Assembly (NCBI GenBank): GCA_951406725.2
Contig: OX597815.1
Coordinates: 103,974,001-104,038,000, forward strand
Direction of reading: 5' to 3'
Length of the DNA stretch: 64,000 nucleotides
Origin: Octopus vulgaris
Taxonomy: Eukaryota
The position numbers were made by a program, and so were the translations under genes. The notes under the pieces are model-generated. The model had not been told where the DNA came from, searched no databases, and saw only the letters and a program-made list of their open reading frames with translations. Shown here one piece after another: positions 13,933 through 27,760 of the stretch (positions are counted from its first letter, which is position 1; every line of letters starts with the position of its first letter).

Positions 13933-13993
<61 letters not shown>

Positions 13994-14100
13994 GTATATA
14001 TATATATATGTACGTATGTATCTATTTATCTATGTTTCTATGTATTTATACATGAATGTATGTATGCACGTAGATCTCCGTAGATATATATATATATAAT
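13715..14100. repeat. Degenerate (TA)n/(TG)n microsatellite block
   Basis: Directly visible. Confidence 0.95.
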
Positions 14101-14346
14101 ATTCATTTACCAACTTTACAAGGTTATCTTTATGGAACATCATCTAATACAAACGCAAGTAAAGATCAACGAAACTGAAAAGGCAGTGCTGAACATATAG
14201 GGTAGTTGAAAATATAAGTGGCTAAGCTAAAAAGTGCGACCAAAACCAGTGAAATAATAGAATATGTGTGTGTATGTGTGTGTGTGTATCTATGTATATA
14301 TATATATGTGTATATATACATATATATTTGTATATATATATATGTG

Positions 14347-14398
<52 letters not shown>

Positions 14399-14831
14399 CA
14401 AACACACATGTATGTTGCGTCTTTCACCGAATGTTAAGTTCAAGTGAGAACGCATCAGACCTAAATCTACTTTGCATCAAGAGACTTTCACCATACCCAC
14501 CCATATTTGCATTAACCCCTTCTAAGGATATAAATATAGTGTTGCACACACATACACACAAATGCACATATGTATATACATACAAATGTTTTCCCATGTG
14601 TAGATAAATTAACATATGTAACATAAATAGGTAGTAGTTTCGTATGCATAAAGAAAACCTTTTGAACAGGAATGTTGCAGAATTAAGTGCAACCGAAGAG
14701 TATCAGCTGGAAAATATGCATGTATATATGTATATACGTACGTTTATATGCAGGTATTCATGCATATATGTATGCGGATGCTTCCATGTATGTATGCAGG
14801 TATGTGTGTGTGTGTGTGTGTGTAAGCAAAT

Positions 14832-15086
14832 GCGGTCTTTTAAAGACCTAGCCACGCTCATGGGTCCGGTTTCCCGGTTTCAATGGCGTATGTGTTCTCC
14901 AGTCCCCCAGCTGTACGGGACTCCAGTCCATCGCAGCGTTACTCATTTTTGCCAGCTAAGTGGACTGGAGCAACGTGAAATGAAGTGTTCTGCTCATCAA
15001 CACAACGCGTCGCCCGGTCCATGAATCGAAACCACAATCTTACGATCATGATGCTGACACCCTAACCACTAAGCCACTCGCCTCCA
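14832..15086 (-). mobile_element. tRNA-derived SINE
   Basis: Minus strand reads ggaggcgagtggcttagtggttagg (A box) ... ggtttcgattc (B box), then gagcagaacacttcatttcacgttgctccag, shared with the SINE at 20782, followed by gcgatggactggagtcccgt. Confidence 0.8.
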
Positions 15087-15091
15087 CTATT

Positions 15092-15304
<213 letters not shown>

Positions 15305-15379
15305 CTATATAATATATCTCATAATGATATTTATTGATATTTATTCTCCGGGTTTATTTATAAGAATATTATGCATATA

Positions 15380-15466
<87 letters not shown>

Positions 15467-17204
15467 GACATCATAAGAGTTTATAAACTTCGAAAGGATG
15501 TGAAATTATTCTTTATTTCTTTTGTCATGCTTTTCGTTTTTTTTTTTTTTTTTTTTGTTCTTTGTTTAAGAGTAAATTTCAAAGAAAATAAGGTATAAAT
15601 GATTGCGTGTAAATCCTGGCTTAGAAAACCTTTGTCGTAGGAAAAGCTTACTGGCGTCAGTTCGAGTCGCACAGGCAATCTTCAACTTCTCCTAACGAAA
15701 GAGTTTTTAACCTAATATTAAGCGCAACTATTTAAAACTTTAATGCCTTAGAGATCCAAGGTTCCAAGATATATATATATAATACTTCGATTTGGTTTTA
15801 TGTAACTTAAAGCTTCGTAGGTGCGTCGAACGAACCTATCTCTTCAGACTTACAGAAACCGAGTGAGACAAGTCCAAGATAGTTTCTATGTTAAGCCGTA
15901 CTGGTCGACGCAGGTGACATGATCTTACAGATTTGGTAGCGACGTTAATTCCAGTCTTGCCTCCAATCTGTATTCCTTGGACCAATATCGAATGAGTGAA
16001 TGGACTATCACTGTGAGGACCCCATCTTACTCGCAATTCTTACTCTGTCTCCTCAAATGACAACGTATTCTTCACCAACCTGCTGTATCCATTACTAAGA
16101 AGAATGAACTACCATATTGTTGCCAACCTGCTAGTAAACTTCAAGCTTCAGATATACTACCTGAAACCTTACTTTCCCATATACACGAAATGCACGCGCA
16201 CACAAAACACAGATATATACATATACACACTAACGCACACCACGCACACACACTAACGCACACACGTAGCATCAGATATATACACATATAGTCCACTAAT
16301 AAGCAGTATCTGTCGACAGATGCACGAGCACGTGTACTAAACACACAGTAGATTCAAAAGCACATGAATATGCCCACATACGCATGCACAAGCGTACACA
16401 CATATACACTAACGAACTAGTGTCGCTAACAAACCACACCCCACTTCACGACAAAAGGTTGCTACCGACATCTTGTCCTAGCACATGATCCTAAGAATAT
16501 ATATAATGTGTGTGTGTATATGAGCGGGCACACACATACACACAACGCACACACACACACGCACTTGGTGCCTCTGGAACCTGTAGTACTCGCAAGCAAG
16601 CATGTCGCGTATCTCGCTTTGTGCAAACCCACGTTGTGAAATTAGCCGCATATTTCGGGGCAGTGCAGGTACTTCAACCACACCGATAGGGGCCAGAGTT
16701 GCTACCCAAGGCTTTGCTCAACAAATTACTTCCCTGCTCTGTTCAAGTAGGGATGGACTGTATGTTGGAGACCTGGACCTGACATTCCCCACACCCCGTT
16801 ATGTATAAGTGCCTAAGGAGAACCCCCATGAACTGGTGAAGCGACATGCTCAAGCATTCCTTTTCCAACCTAAACATCGGTTCTGCACCTTACTGGAAGT
16901 ATATATCCGTACTCTAACCGTGAATAACGTTTAGTTTATTCTGAAATGGTTGGTGTCGGAGAATTCCCGGCCCTATCAGGGTGACAGGCAGGTGGCACTT
17001 TGACCTGTATTTTTATCAATAATACTGAGAAAGAGGGACCGTGTGTATTTAGAGTATTACTGGTATTTAAGCTTACGTAACTAATGTCTTGTGATACACA
17101 CACACACACACACATTCTCACTTTCTTAGTCTCTCTCTTAGTTTCTGTTTCTTAGATTCTCTCGGTCGCTCCTTCTCCTTCTCTCTCTCCCTCTCTCTCT
17201 CTCC

Positions 17205-17258
<54 letters not shown>

Positions 17259-17630
17259 GTCTCTCTCTTTCACTCGCACATACATTCAGGCGCGCACACG
17301 CATATAGTGCACGGCTGGCAGCTGACGACCCATGACAAAGTACTCAACGTGTTAGACGCACATGACTGTGTGTCAGTTATATTTTATTTGGTATATATAT
17401 ATATACATACATTGTGTATGTAAGCGCACATAATATGTAAATATGTATATATGTAACTACTCATATATATGTTGGTGTGCACTTTTTTTACTCTTTCTCT
17501 GACTTAGTACCACCTTCCTTAGTATATATAATATATATAAACATAAATACACGCATATGTGGTTTAGGTAGATCTCCTTATAACTAATTATCATTGATAT
17601 TATATTCTTTGGTTAGCTAAATCCTTCCTC

Positions 17631-17681
<51 letters not shown>

Positions 17682-18020
17682 GTTTAACAAAGGTATTGAT
17701 TACTATACGGTAGAAAACTAACTATTATTACGGTGCCTGGAATGATTTAATTAAAATGGAGTGACTGTCAGGTAAAAATTTAGTGAAGTGAGAAAAAAGT
17801 ATTTTATAATCAAGTCATCTATTTCATTCAGCGGATAAAATCTCTATATTTAGTTGGCTATTATTATCATAGTTGTACGCAAGGTTGTGTAAATGAGTTA
17901 GTGTTTATGAGGGTATGTGCACATGTATGTATATAAAATTGCATACATACATATATATATGTGTGAGTGTGTGTGTGAGAGCGTGTGTGTGTGTGTGTGT
18001 TTGTGTGTGTGTGCGTGCGT

Positions 18021-18064
<44 letters not shown>

Positions 18065-18529
18065 GTGTGTGTTGTTTAAATAACGCAAGAGAAATGCAAC
18101 GAAAATATGATCTAGAAGTTGCAAATGATTGTTAAGCCCTTATAACTTTATGCGAAATATATAGCAATATAGAGAAATATATATCTGTGAACAATTATAT
18201 GCACAGGCTACACTTAAATAACAGTTATAACCACAGGCTGCACTTAAATGAAAGGCATTTACAGCTATGATCAGCCTTTCTTCTTTCTTTCTTCCTTTTT
18301 TTTTGTACTTTTGTTACGTTTTTTTTTTTTTGCTGTTTTTGCTTCTTAATTTTCTCTCCGTATAAACGGTGTATCATCGAATAGTGTTTCCAATATGTTC
18401 AATCTGCAGATAAAGGGATGTGTCTTGACAGAGATTTAGCTGCTATTTCTAGCAGTATAAATGAAGTGAACATATTTGTACATTTATTTCATCAAATTTC
18501 TGAACTGTATAAGGAAATACTTAGACGTT

Positions 18530-18724
<195 letters not shown>

Positions 18725-20073
18725 GCATAACAGCGGATTGTATACTTAGCTAAATCTAATTTTCTGCAATTACTATAGGAATGCCGGTACCAATATACCA
18801 AGGTTGATATTTGCAAATTATTGTCGTGTGCGTATATTATTCCGACTTAACTAGGTACACCAACTCTAAGTACCTTATTTAAGTGAATCTAACATATATT
18901 TTATATATATATATGTGTGCGTGTGTGTGTGTGCGGACGCGTACATACACACATACGTACATACATACATGATGGCATGTGTGTGTGTGAGTTAGAGTTT
19001 TGTTCAACAGACACCTGCTTCTAATAGTGGACCGTTAGTGATATACTCAGTACCGCCACCAATCAGGTTTGATGATGATAGCTGTTGAATACCCTGCAAA
19101 TTAAAGGCAAAAACTTTTCAAAGCAAAGATAAAACCAAGGGAGCTAACGGCCTTGTAATGTACGTTCATTCGTATGCCAATAATTTATTCATTTACATGT
19201 GTATGTAATTTACCCATAGACGCACAATCTCATTTGAAACCTTTGTTTTGTATTCTGTATATATTTTGTTCCGTTCTCTCTGGTGCCAGTTGAACATCGA
19301 GCAGGTAGGGTGAGACGACGTGTAGAGCGTGACAAAAACGTTTGCGACAATAAAAATAGGTTGGGTACAAAGTTAGCTCGCCTTTTGTTTTACTGCAACT
19401 TAACTGCGGCTATTCCGTTCTTGCAGGTGAGGTGTCGCACGTCGGCGATAACAAAATACTTCTACTTTGGTTAAAGTATGGAAAGAATAGTATAGGAACG
19501 AGTAGATGCGATTCTTCCGTCCTCGTGGAACCGAATGATAAAAAGACAATTCATAGGAAATTTGCGTGCGAAAGCTAAGGATTCAGTGCTTGTGTATAAC
19601 ACTAAAGATAGCTAGGAGGGTGGTCAGTGACATTTTCTTAATCAACAAAGACGTTTGAAGATACATTAAACAACATACACAATAAATTCAAGACCTATTG
19701 AAATTATCTCAACTTTCAGATGTGCCTGTGTATATTTATATTATATTATATTATATTATATTATATTATATTATATTATATTATATATTATATGTGTGTG
19801 TGTACGTATGTATGCATCTATGTGTATGTATGTACACACACAAACATATACATACATATATCTGTATTTGTGTATGTATATGTGATGTGTATACTTCTAT
19901 ATCTGCATATATAGATAATTGATATTTTTGTACACACACGCAAACACACACAAATATTATATATGTATGCGCATATATATATATTTATATATATGTATGT
20001 GTATATAAATACATGTATGTATATATGTATACATATATACATATATACATATATATATATATGTGTGTGTGTA

Positions 20074-20119
<46 letters not shown>

Positions 20120-20592
20120 CATACATATATATACATACATACATATACATATACGTGTATGTGTGTATATGTATACACATATCAAAATGTGTATTAGCAC
20201 CTATTCATGTATGTATATCCAGATGTATATGCTTGTCCGTGTGTGTGTACGAGCGTGCGTACATTACGTATTTGTGTGCTTACTGTGAATGAATGTTTAT
20301 GTGTGACCGAAGTAAATATTGAGTAGAGTAGCATTTAATATTTCGTTAAGATTGACTATTGTTCCGTTAACATCTTTAAAATGATACCTTCATGGCATGT
20401 GAATACAGATAACTTGCACGAATTTCTAAACAATGGCTATAATGAGCAATAGTTTATCACAACAAAATTCTATACAGACACACGCATGCAAGCGGACATA
20501 TACGCATACAAGCACGTACGCATTGATATATGTGCGTGTATATATATATATGTATGTATATATGTATATATATATAAGTGTGTGTATATATA

Positions 20593-20626
<34 letters not shown>

Positions 20627-20699
20627 GTGTGTGTGTGTGTACATATATATGTACACATATATATATGCATATGTATATATACATAGGTATACATATAAA

Positions 20700-20735
<36 letters not shown>

Positions 20736-20781
20736 GATAGATAGATAGATATATATATAGATATATAGATATGTATATATA

Positions 20782-21110
20782 AGGCAGTATCTCTGTGGTT
20801 AGAGCGTCGAGTTTACGATCGTGAGGTTGTGAGTTCGAATCCTGCACCGGGCTGCGTGTTGTGTTCTTGAGCAAGACACTTTATTTCACGTTGCTCCAGT
20901 TCACTCAGCTGTAGAAATGAGTTGCGACGTCACAGGTGCCAAGCTGTATCGGCCTTTGCCTTTCCCTTTGATAACATCAGTGGCGTGGATTGGGGAGGCC
21001 GGCATGCATGGGAGACTACTGGTCTTCCATAAACAACCTTGCACGGACTTGTGCCTGGGAGGGTAACTTTCTAGGTGTAATCCCATGGTCAGTCATGACG
21101 AAGTGGGTCC
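20782..21110 (+). mobile_element. tRNA-derived SINE
   Basis: gtggttagagcg (A box) ... gagttcgaatcct (B box), then gagcaagacactttatttcacgttgctccagttcactcagctg, homologous to 14832-15086 but with a different 3' half. Flanked by TA repeats. Confidence 0.82.
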
Positions 21111-21116
21111 CATATC

Positions 21117-21160
<44 letters not shown>

Positions 21161-21166
<6 letters not shown>

Positions 21167-21350
21167 GAAGGAGTTTACAGGACTAGAACTGTTTCATTCA
21201 AGAGAAATATTCAGGAAGCTTCCTGAAGATTTCTCTTGAATGAAACAGTTCTAGTCCTGTAGAAGCTCCTTCTATATAATAAATTAATTTTACTCTGCTA
21301 TGTATTGAGTACCTTATTTACTGTGGTTAACCCTGAATCAACCCGGGACC

Positions 21351-21352
<2 letters not shown>
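21161..21352 (+). mobile_element. Palindromic PLE-type terminal insertion in (TA)n carrying a hammerhead motif
   Basis: Inverted arms 21161-21278 centred on aagctt (21216-21221), unique tail to 21352, (TA)n on both sides. Confidence 0.7.
21218..21266 (+). ncRNA. Type-I hammerhead ribozyme motif (GUA cleavage triplet)
   Basis: gcttc-CTGAAGA-t.ttc.tctt.gaa.t-GAAA-cag.ttctagtc.ctg-TA-gaagc. Stem I gcttc/gaagc, stem II ttc/gaa, stem III cag/ctg, core intact. The base of stem II is a non-canonical U-U. Confidence 0.75.
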
Positions 21353-21398
<46 letters not shown>

Positions 21399-21400
<2 letters not shown>

Positions 21401-21460
21401 TGATTGATTGATTGATTCTAGTTTCAGCTCATGAGCTGTGGCCATGCTGGGGCACCGCCA
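21399..21460 (-). mobile_element. SINE/LINE 3' tail fragment ending in (TCAA)n
   Basis: gtttcagctcatgagctgtggccatgctggggcaccgcc resembles the tail of the SINE at 60779 (gtttcagtcatttgattgcggccatgctggagcaccgcc). Confidence 0.5.
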
Positions 21461-22917
21461 TTTGGTGTTGCTACATGGTTTTACTTCACGAAAGCTTCTT
21501 AGCAACTGCCATTTGGTGCATGAGAGAGTTCGATGCAGCTGCCCTCATCTGCACCTCCCGCATATATATATATGTATACATATAAATATATAGGTATGTA
21601 TGAATGTGTGTGTCTGTTTGCGTGTATGTGTGTGTGTGTATGTTAACCTATTCACTATAGCCATCACTCGCAAGGGATTAAGATAGCCTGTGCCACGCTG
21701 TTGCTCTCTTTTGTAGGTGTGTATATATCACGAGGAGACATAGTCATTCCCTTGACCTTCCAGCCTAGTGAAACATCGAGTATGAGAGTACTTTTATGTA
21801 AAGCAACAGACAAAACAATTGACCATTTAACTGAAGGATCACTCAATTCCTTTCTGTAGAGTACTATATATATTTTTAGAAGGCAAATGTTGATAGTCAC
21901 TTCGAAATTCCGCCTTACTTTCCGTGATCAGGGAGCGGGTCAAGGGAAAGTAATCCGAAACTTCGAGCCACTGACAACTTGCGATGGAAAGATACGTATA
22001 TATAGCATTATGTAATTTACAGCATCTACAAAAATGTTATATATACTTAAATAGAGCATAATAACTGAAGCAGATGGTTATGTTTATGCTGCATCTTTTC
22101 GTAAATGACATAAAGAATACAATGCCGCATATGCATGTTTTGCCATCATTTATCTTTTTATTACAGGCCCGAACTACATAGTTCTTATAACAAAATCTTG
22201 TGCTGAGGAATTATTTCAGCCACGTAAGTGCAATACCCTGAACACAAAAGCACGCGCCATCACAGATGTATGTGTGTGTGTGCGCGTGTTTCTACGTGTG
22301 TGTGCTTGTGTATCTGTATGCTCATGTGTGCGCGTGTGTGTGAGTGCGTGTGTATATGTGTGTGCGTGTGTATGTTTGTATGTGTGTGTCTTCGCTTCAA
22401 AATTCTGTTTTGTCATAGCTACAGGAATAGCCTGTCGTGACAACTCAGTATACTTGTAATTGCATGAATCCTTAAGCTCCGATTTTAGGGTAATGAGATC
22501 TCACGGTTATCTTCTTATCAAAACTTTCATATAAACAGCAAGGCAAGCAGAGTGCAAATTCATTTTACAATAGTATCAATGAGTTTTGGCATTTTCGGAT
22601 TATTGACTTTTGTCTGGTCCTCTCAACTGAAACAGCTATAAGCTAATGGATATAATTAGGTAATTCTTGCTCGGATTTCATTATGTAACACACACGTACG
22701 TACAAGCAAACGTCATACATTACATACATAGAGACAGACAGACAGATGTACGTATATGTGAAGGCACATACATTTTTAAATATGCTTATATACGATAAAT
22801 GATATACATGTTATATGTAGGATATTCATGATATATTTGCACACAGACATATTCATGATATATATTTGCACACACATACATATAAAACATACATGTATAT
22901 ATATGTATGTATGTATG

Positions 22918-22992
<75 letters not shown>

Positions 22993-23934
22993 AATGTACG
23001 TATTTATGTATGTATGTATACATAAGTGTGAATGTGAGTGTACTTGTGTCTGTGTGTAATATTTGTCGTTTAGGTCAGGCCACACCTGATCGAACAGACC
23101 AATTACCAAAATCATTCCATTAGTGATCTTCTCGTGTTTATCCCCCGTGCAAGAAATTCAGAAACACATTATCGAAAGTGGCCATTATCTAAGCGGTAGG
23201 ATGTACAGAAAGAGATTTTGTACCTATGTTTAATAAGATGATTGACTACGTAGCTGCACTCTCATTGGCTCCGACCGTACGAAGTTTTGGAAATTTCGAG
23301 TATAACTACCACTTTATAAAAACACAATAGTAATATGATCTGAACTTCTATTAAAGTGACATGTGAACTTCGGCCGTTATTCCCAGACTTCTTTCGAAGA
23401 TGAATGTTTCTTATTTATTATTTTGCTATTGCATATCACTGATATTTATACTTACCCATTTTGTTGAGAAATTTGTCGCATGTCCATAATTTATTATCTA
23501 GTTTTGTAGGAACAGTGTGTATGTTGTAAAATTCACAATTATAACCCAGACAAATACAACACTCTCTCGCCGATTTACTATAAATCTAAAATAATCATTA
23601 ATTTCTACTCAATACTGACTACAACAGAAAAAATGGATAACGGAAATGTTAGCAAATAACATGACTATCTCATACAGAATTTTAAAGCAAAATTTGAATA
23701 TTAATGATGGAATATATATTCCAAGCTAAACAACACAAAAATTTACACACATGTAACGTACACTAGCCACCTACAAATACGTCAGATTGTCGAAAGAAAA
23801 GTAGAACAAATGGTCAAATATTTAACGACAAATGTACTAGTCTCCATTCTCTAACTAAATTAGTAGTAACACATGACAAAAACACCCATTTCGTCCAAAA
23901 GACTGCGAAGATCGAGAAGAGGTGTTTGGGCTTG

Positions 23935-23968
<34 letters not shown>

Positions 23969-24079
23969 AATGTATACAAAAGCACACAGGCGCGCGCACA
24001 CACACACACAAACACACACAAAATTTCATCAAGAGAAACTTGAAGATCTATAAACTCGGTTAGACCTACGAACTTAGAA

Positions 24080-24125
<46 letters not shown>

Positions 24126-24383
24126 GTGTGTGTGTGTGTGTGTACGTGTCTGTGAGTGTCTGTGTCTGTGTAATAACATTCGTCATATGTTATAGGTCAT
24201 CTGATTATGTACAGGAATTCCTGTCTAAGATGCAAAATATATGGAAGACTAATGTTGCAAATTCATACATGTTGCACATCTACAGTCGACCACAGTAGGT
24301 CTCGGAAAAAAAACTGGGACTATAAAGCCTGACACTTTTGTTCTTGTATGTGAGAGGGGTGAGAGGGGAGAGAAGGGAGATAG

Positions 24384-24427
<44 letters not shown>

Positions 24428-24822
24428 AAGACACAGGTATGTAGGATAAATATATACTCGGGTTTTTCTTGAGGTTTTCAACCCAAACTATATACTTGTA
24501 TATACTTGTATGTTGGTATGTACACGTTTGAAATCGCGTTATATGTACATGTTTTTTTTCGTAATGCATATATAAACGTATATTTCCAACAATATAAACA
24601 CGAAGATAATCACCAGCTACAAATTTTCAAGTAGCTATTAAGTATAATTATTCTTAGATTCCGAGCACAACGCAATTGAATGTATATATTATTAACGTGG
24701 ACTATCTACCGTCATCGATAGAGCAATACAATTTTGAATCAATTGTTTATGAAACTATTTAAGTTTATAAATTGTTGTGTACGCGTTTTTACGTGAATAT
24801 ATACATGCCTATACGTACGTAC

Positions 24823-24863
<41 letters not shown>

Positions 24864-24960
24864 CGCTTGTGTGTGTGTGTGTGTGTGTGTGCATACATAC
24901 ATACATACATTTATTTTCTGTTACAAAAAATACAACACACGCTTGGAAACACATACAAAT

Positions 24961-25004
<44 letters not shown>

Positions 25005-25279
25005 TCTCAACAATTGAGGGTAAAATTAATTAATTATTAATCAATTTCACCAAGTATTCAGTATGTAAAGGGACCATTTTAGGCGAATTCAAAATATTAC
25101 ATTATATATAAGGGCTTAGTAAAATAAATTACTTTGCCACATACTGAACTCATTAGAAATAGCAGCTAAAGAAATTTCTTCAGCTATTTCTAATACTTAA
25201 AGAAGATATCTCTCAGATAGTGTTTGCCTAAACCAACTCACAAAAGTATGGGGAAAAAAACATTAAAAAATCAAGTGCA

Positions 25280-25349
25280 AAGGTTATTTGAGAACGCACG
25301 TTTCTAGATTAGTCAATTCGACATTTCTTTCGTCAGCTCAGAATTCCTT
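25280..25349 (-). ncRNA. Minimal type-I hammerhead ribozyme motif (antisense copy)
   Basis: Reverse complement of 26211-26280, with loop III GTGC instead of GTAC. Confidence 0.72.
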
Positions 25350-26210
25350 GAATCGGATTTGGGAACACTGAAAGTCGGGAGCATACCCTTTCGGCTTCTA
25401 ATCACCTCTAGAATTCTGCTCGAACTAAAAGTGCTATCAAATTCGAATATGCAAGCGAAGAATTTCTGCTCTCCCCTTTCCACCAGCGTGGGTTAAAATT
25501 GACAAACACCATGTATTAACGGTGAAAACCGCAGCATTTAACAGAGAGAGATGAATTATAATTTCAACAATTGAGGGTAAAATTAATTAATTATTAATCA
25601 ATTTCACCAAGTATTCAGTATGTAAAGGGACCATTTTAGGCGAATTCAAAATATTACATTATATATAAGGGCTTGAAATGTCGAATTGACTAATCTAGAA
25701 ACGTACGTTCTCAAATAACCTTTGCACTTGATTTTTTAATGTTTTTTTCCCCAATACTTTTGTGAGTTGGTTTAGGCAAACACTATCTGAGAGAGATCTT
25801 CTTTAAGTATTAGAAATAGCTGAAGAAATTTCTTTAGCTGCTATTTCTAATGAGTTCAGTATGTGGCAAAGTAATTTATTTTACTAAGCCCTTATATATA
25901 ATGTAATATTTTGAATTCGCCTAAAATGGTCCCTTTACATACTGAATACTTGGTGAAATTGATTAATAATTAATTAATTTTACCCTCAATTGTTGAAATT
26001 ATAATTCATCTCTCTCTGTTAAATGCTGCGGTTTTCACCGTTAATACATGGTGTTTGTCAATTTTAACCCACGCTGGTGGAAAGGGGAGAGCAGAAATTC
26101 TTCGCTTGCATATTCGAATTTGATAGCACTTTTAGTTCGAGCAGAATTCTAGAGGTGATTAGAAGCCGAAAGGGTATCCTCCCGACTTTCAGTGTTCCCA
26201 AATCCGATTC

Positions 26211-26280
26211 AAGGAATTCTGAGCTGACGAAAGAAATGTCGAATTGACTAATCTAGAAACGTACGTTCTCAAATAACCTT
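26211..26280 (+). ncRNA. Minimal type-I hammerhead ribozyme motif (GUU cleavage triplet after 26267)
   Basis: aagg.aattc.tgag-CTGACGA(26224-26230)-a.aga.aat.gtc.gaatt.gac.taa.tct.a-GAAA-c.gtac.g-TT-ctca.aataa.cctt. Stem I tgag/ctca plus aagg/cctt, stem II aga/tct plus gtc/gac, and a 1-bp stem III with palindromic ACGTACGT. Confidence 0.78.
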
Positions 26281-26457
26281 TGCACTTGATTTTTTAATGT
26301 TTTTTTCCCCCATACTTTTGTGAGTTGGTTTAGGCAAACACTATCTGAGAGATATCTTCTTTAAGTATTAGAAATAGCTGAAGAAATTTCTTTAGCTGCT
26401 ATTTCTAATGAGTTCAGTATGTGGCAAAGTAATTTATTTTACTAAGCCCTTATATAT

Positions 26458-26513
<56 letters not shown>

Positions 26514-26517
<4 letters not shown>

Positions 26518-27748
26518 ACGAGGGGACCTCCGAAAACTGTACGGAATCCCTCAGACAGGCCCGATTCGATCAGCGAATATTCTCGCCACGGAAACTCGTC
26601 GGAGAGGAGAGGATAGATACTGATAGATACAGATAGATACTGCCACAACCTCAACAGCACAGAGATACAGAGGCACAACCCGAGATACAACCCAAAGAGG
26701 CAAGGCAACAACTGGCAACACTGGCTTATATTCAAACAACAGTTTATACGACAATTACAGTTGTCACAACATCAAATACATTTAAAGGAAACATGCACGT
26801 GACTACTCAATACATCATGCAACAGATCAAACATAATACAACAGCAATTCATGTAACAATAGAACAGTGTTCAGTAACGACACAACAAGTCCAGATCAGA
26901 TAATGTTCACGATACGTCACAGTCCAATCAGAACACTTCGATACATTATACAATGTTCGTATCACAACAATTCACGTTACAATTCAACAAGTCCTTTACT
27001 CAATTCACAATGTTCTTTATCGACTACATCGACAGAGTCCTTCTTTTTCTCTCTTCTTTTCTCTTTCTTTTCTTTTACAGTCTCTTTACCTCGTGACACA
27101 TATCAATACACAATCAATACAATTAAATACCTTATTCCTAATTGAATCTGCCAGTGTCCCATTCCTCTCAATACTGCTAATTCCTCTGAATACTGCTAAT
27201 TCCCTTCTGTACATATCCCTTCTGCATATTCCAATCGCTTGCTCCTCAAATCCCAAGATCCCTGCTGATCTGTCCAAGATCCGTCTGTGTTCTTCCACGA
27301 CCGCTCAACGACTGCCCTTCTTGACGACCAGCTACCAACTGCCTTCTTCGAGGACCGCTCACCGACTGCCAAGACCTCACTTCGTCTCTGTGCTTCTTCC
27401 ACTCCCTCATCTCCCTCTGTGCCGCTCATACCCTCTCTAACTGTCCCTTAGTCTTATACTCTATCTCTCTCATGACAGCTCTACCATACTCTCTGCCTGT
27501 CCTTCTCTCCCACTGTCAATACCCTCTCCATCTGCTCTTAGATTCCCTTAATCTGTCTTCCTCTCTCACATTCTCACTGACCCTTTTCTCAACCGCACGA
27601 GGTCACAGGTCATTCCAAAACCCATCAGTCCTCCACTAGACAAAGAACCCGTCACATTTCACCAGACATCATGGTGCCATTATTCCTATGTGGGTCACCA
27701 GAAACACTACACTAATTAAACCCGAAATGCACTTAGCCAACCGTAACA
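26514..27748 (-). repeat. 3' LTR (1235 bp)
   Basis: Terminal inverted tgttacg...cgtaaca, immediately preceded on the minus strand by the purine-rich tract ggtagggggtag. Confidence 0.8.
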
Positions 27749-27760
27749 CTACCCCCTACC
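27749..27760 (-). promoter_or_regulatory. Polypurine tract (PPT)
   Basis: Minus-strand ggtagggggtag abuts the LTR start tgttacgg. Confidence 0.75.

Larger units (their letters stand above)
25007..26458. mobile_element. Retrozyme-like/PLE-derived tandem-plus-inverted array of a 557-bp unit, in (TA)n
   Basis: tcaacaattgaggg recurs at 25007 and 25564 (period 557). 25675-26458 is the reverse complement of the same unit (gaaatgtcgaattgac at 25675 and 26233). Copies are nearly identical, there is no ORF, and each complete unit has one hammerhead. Confidence 0.8.

Noticed and set aside
16570-17000. Possible LINE ORF1 remnant
   Set aside because: GC-richer island, but no convincing motif could be read.
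19280-19460. Possible exon (cag|gtaggg and ttgcag|gtgagg splice-like sites)
   Set aside because: No recognisable coding homology or partner exons; such motifs arise by chance.
20782-20850. tRNA gene
   Set aside because: A/B boxes are present but there is no full cloverleaf, and it continues into a SINE body; the other tRNA-like heads behave the same way.
25007-26458. CRISPR array or host gene
   Set aside because: Eukaryotic context; long identical units without unique spacers and no ORF.
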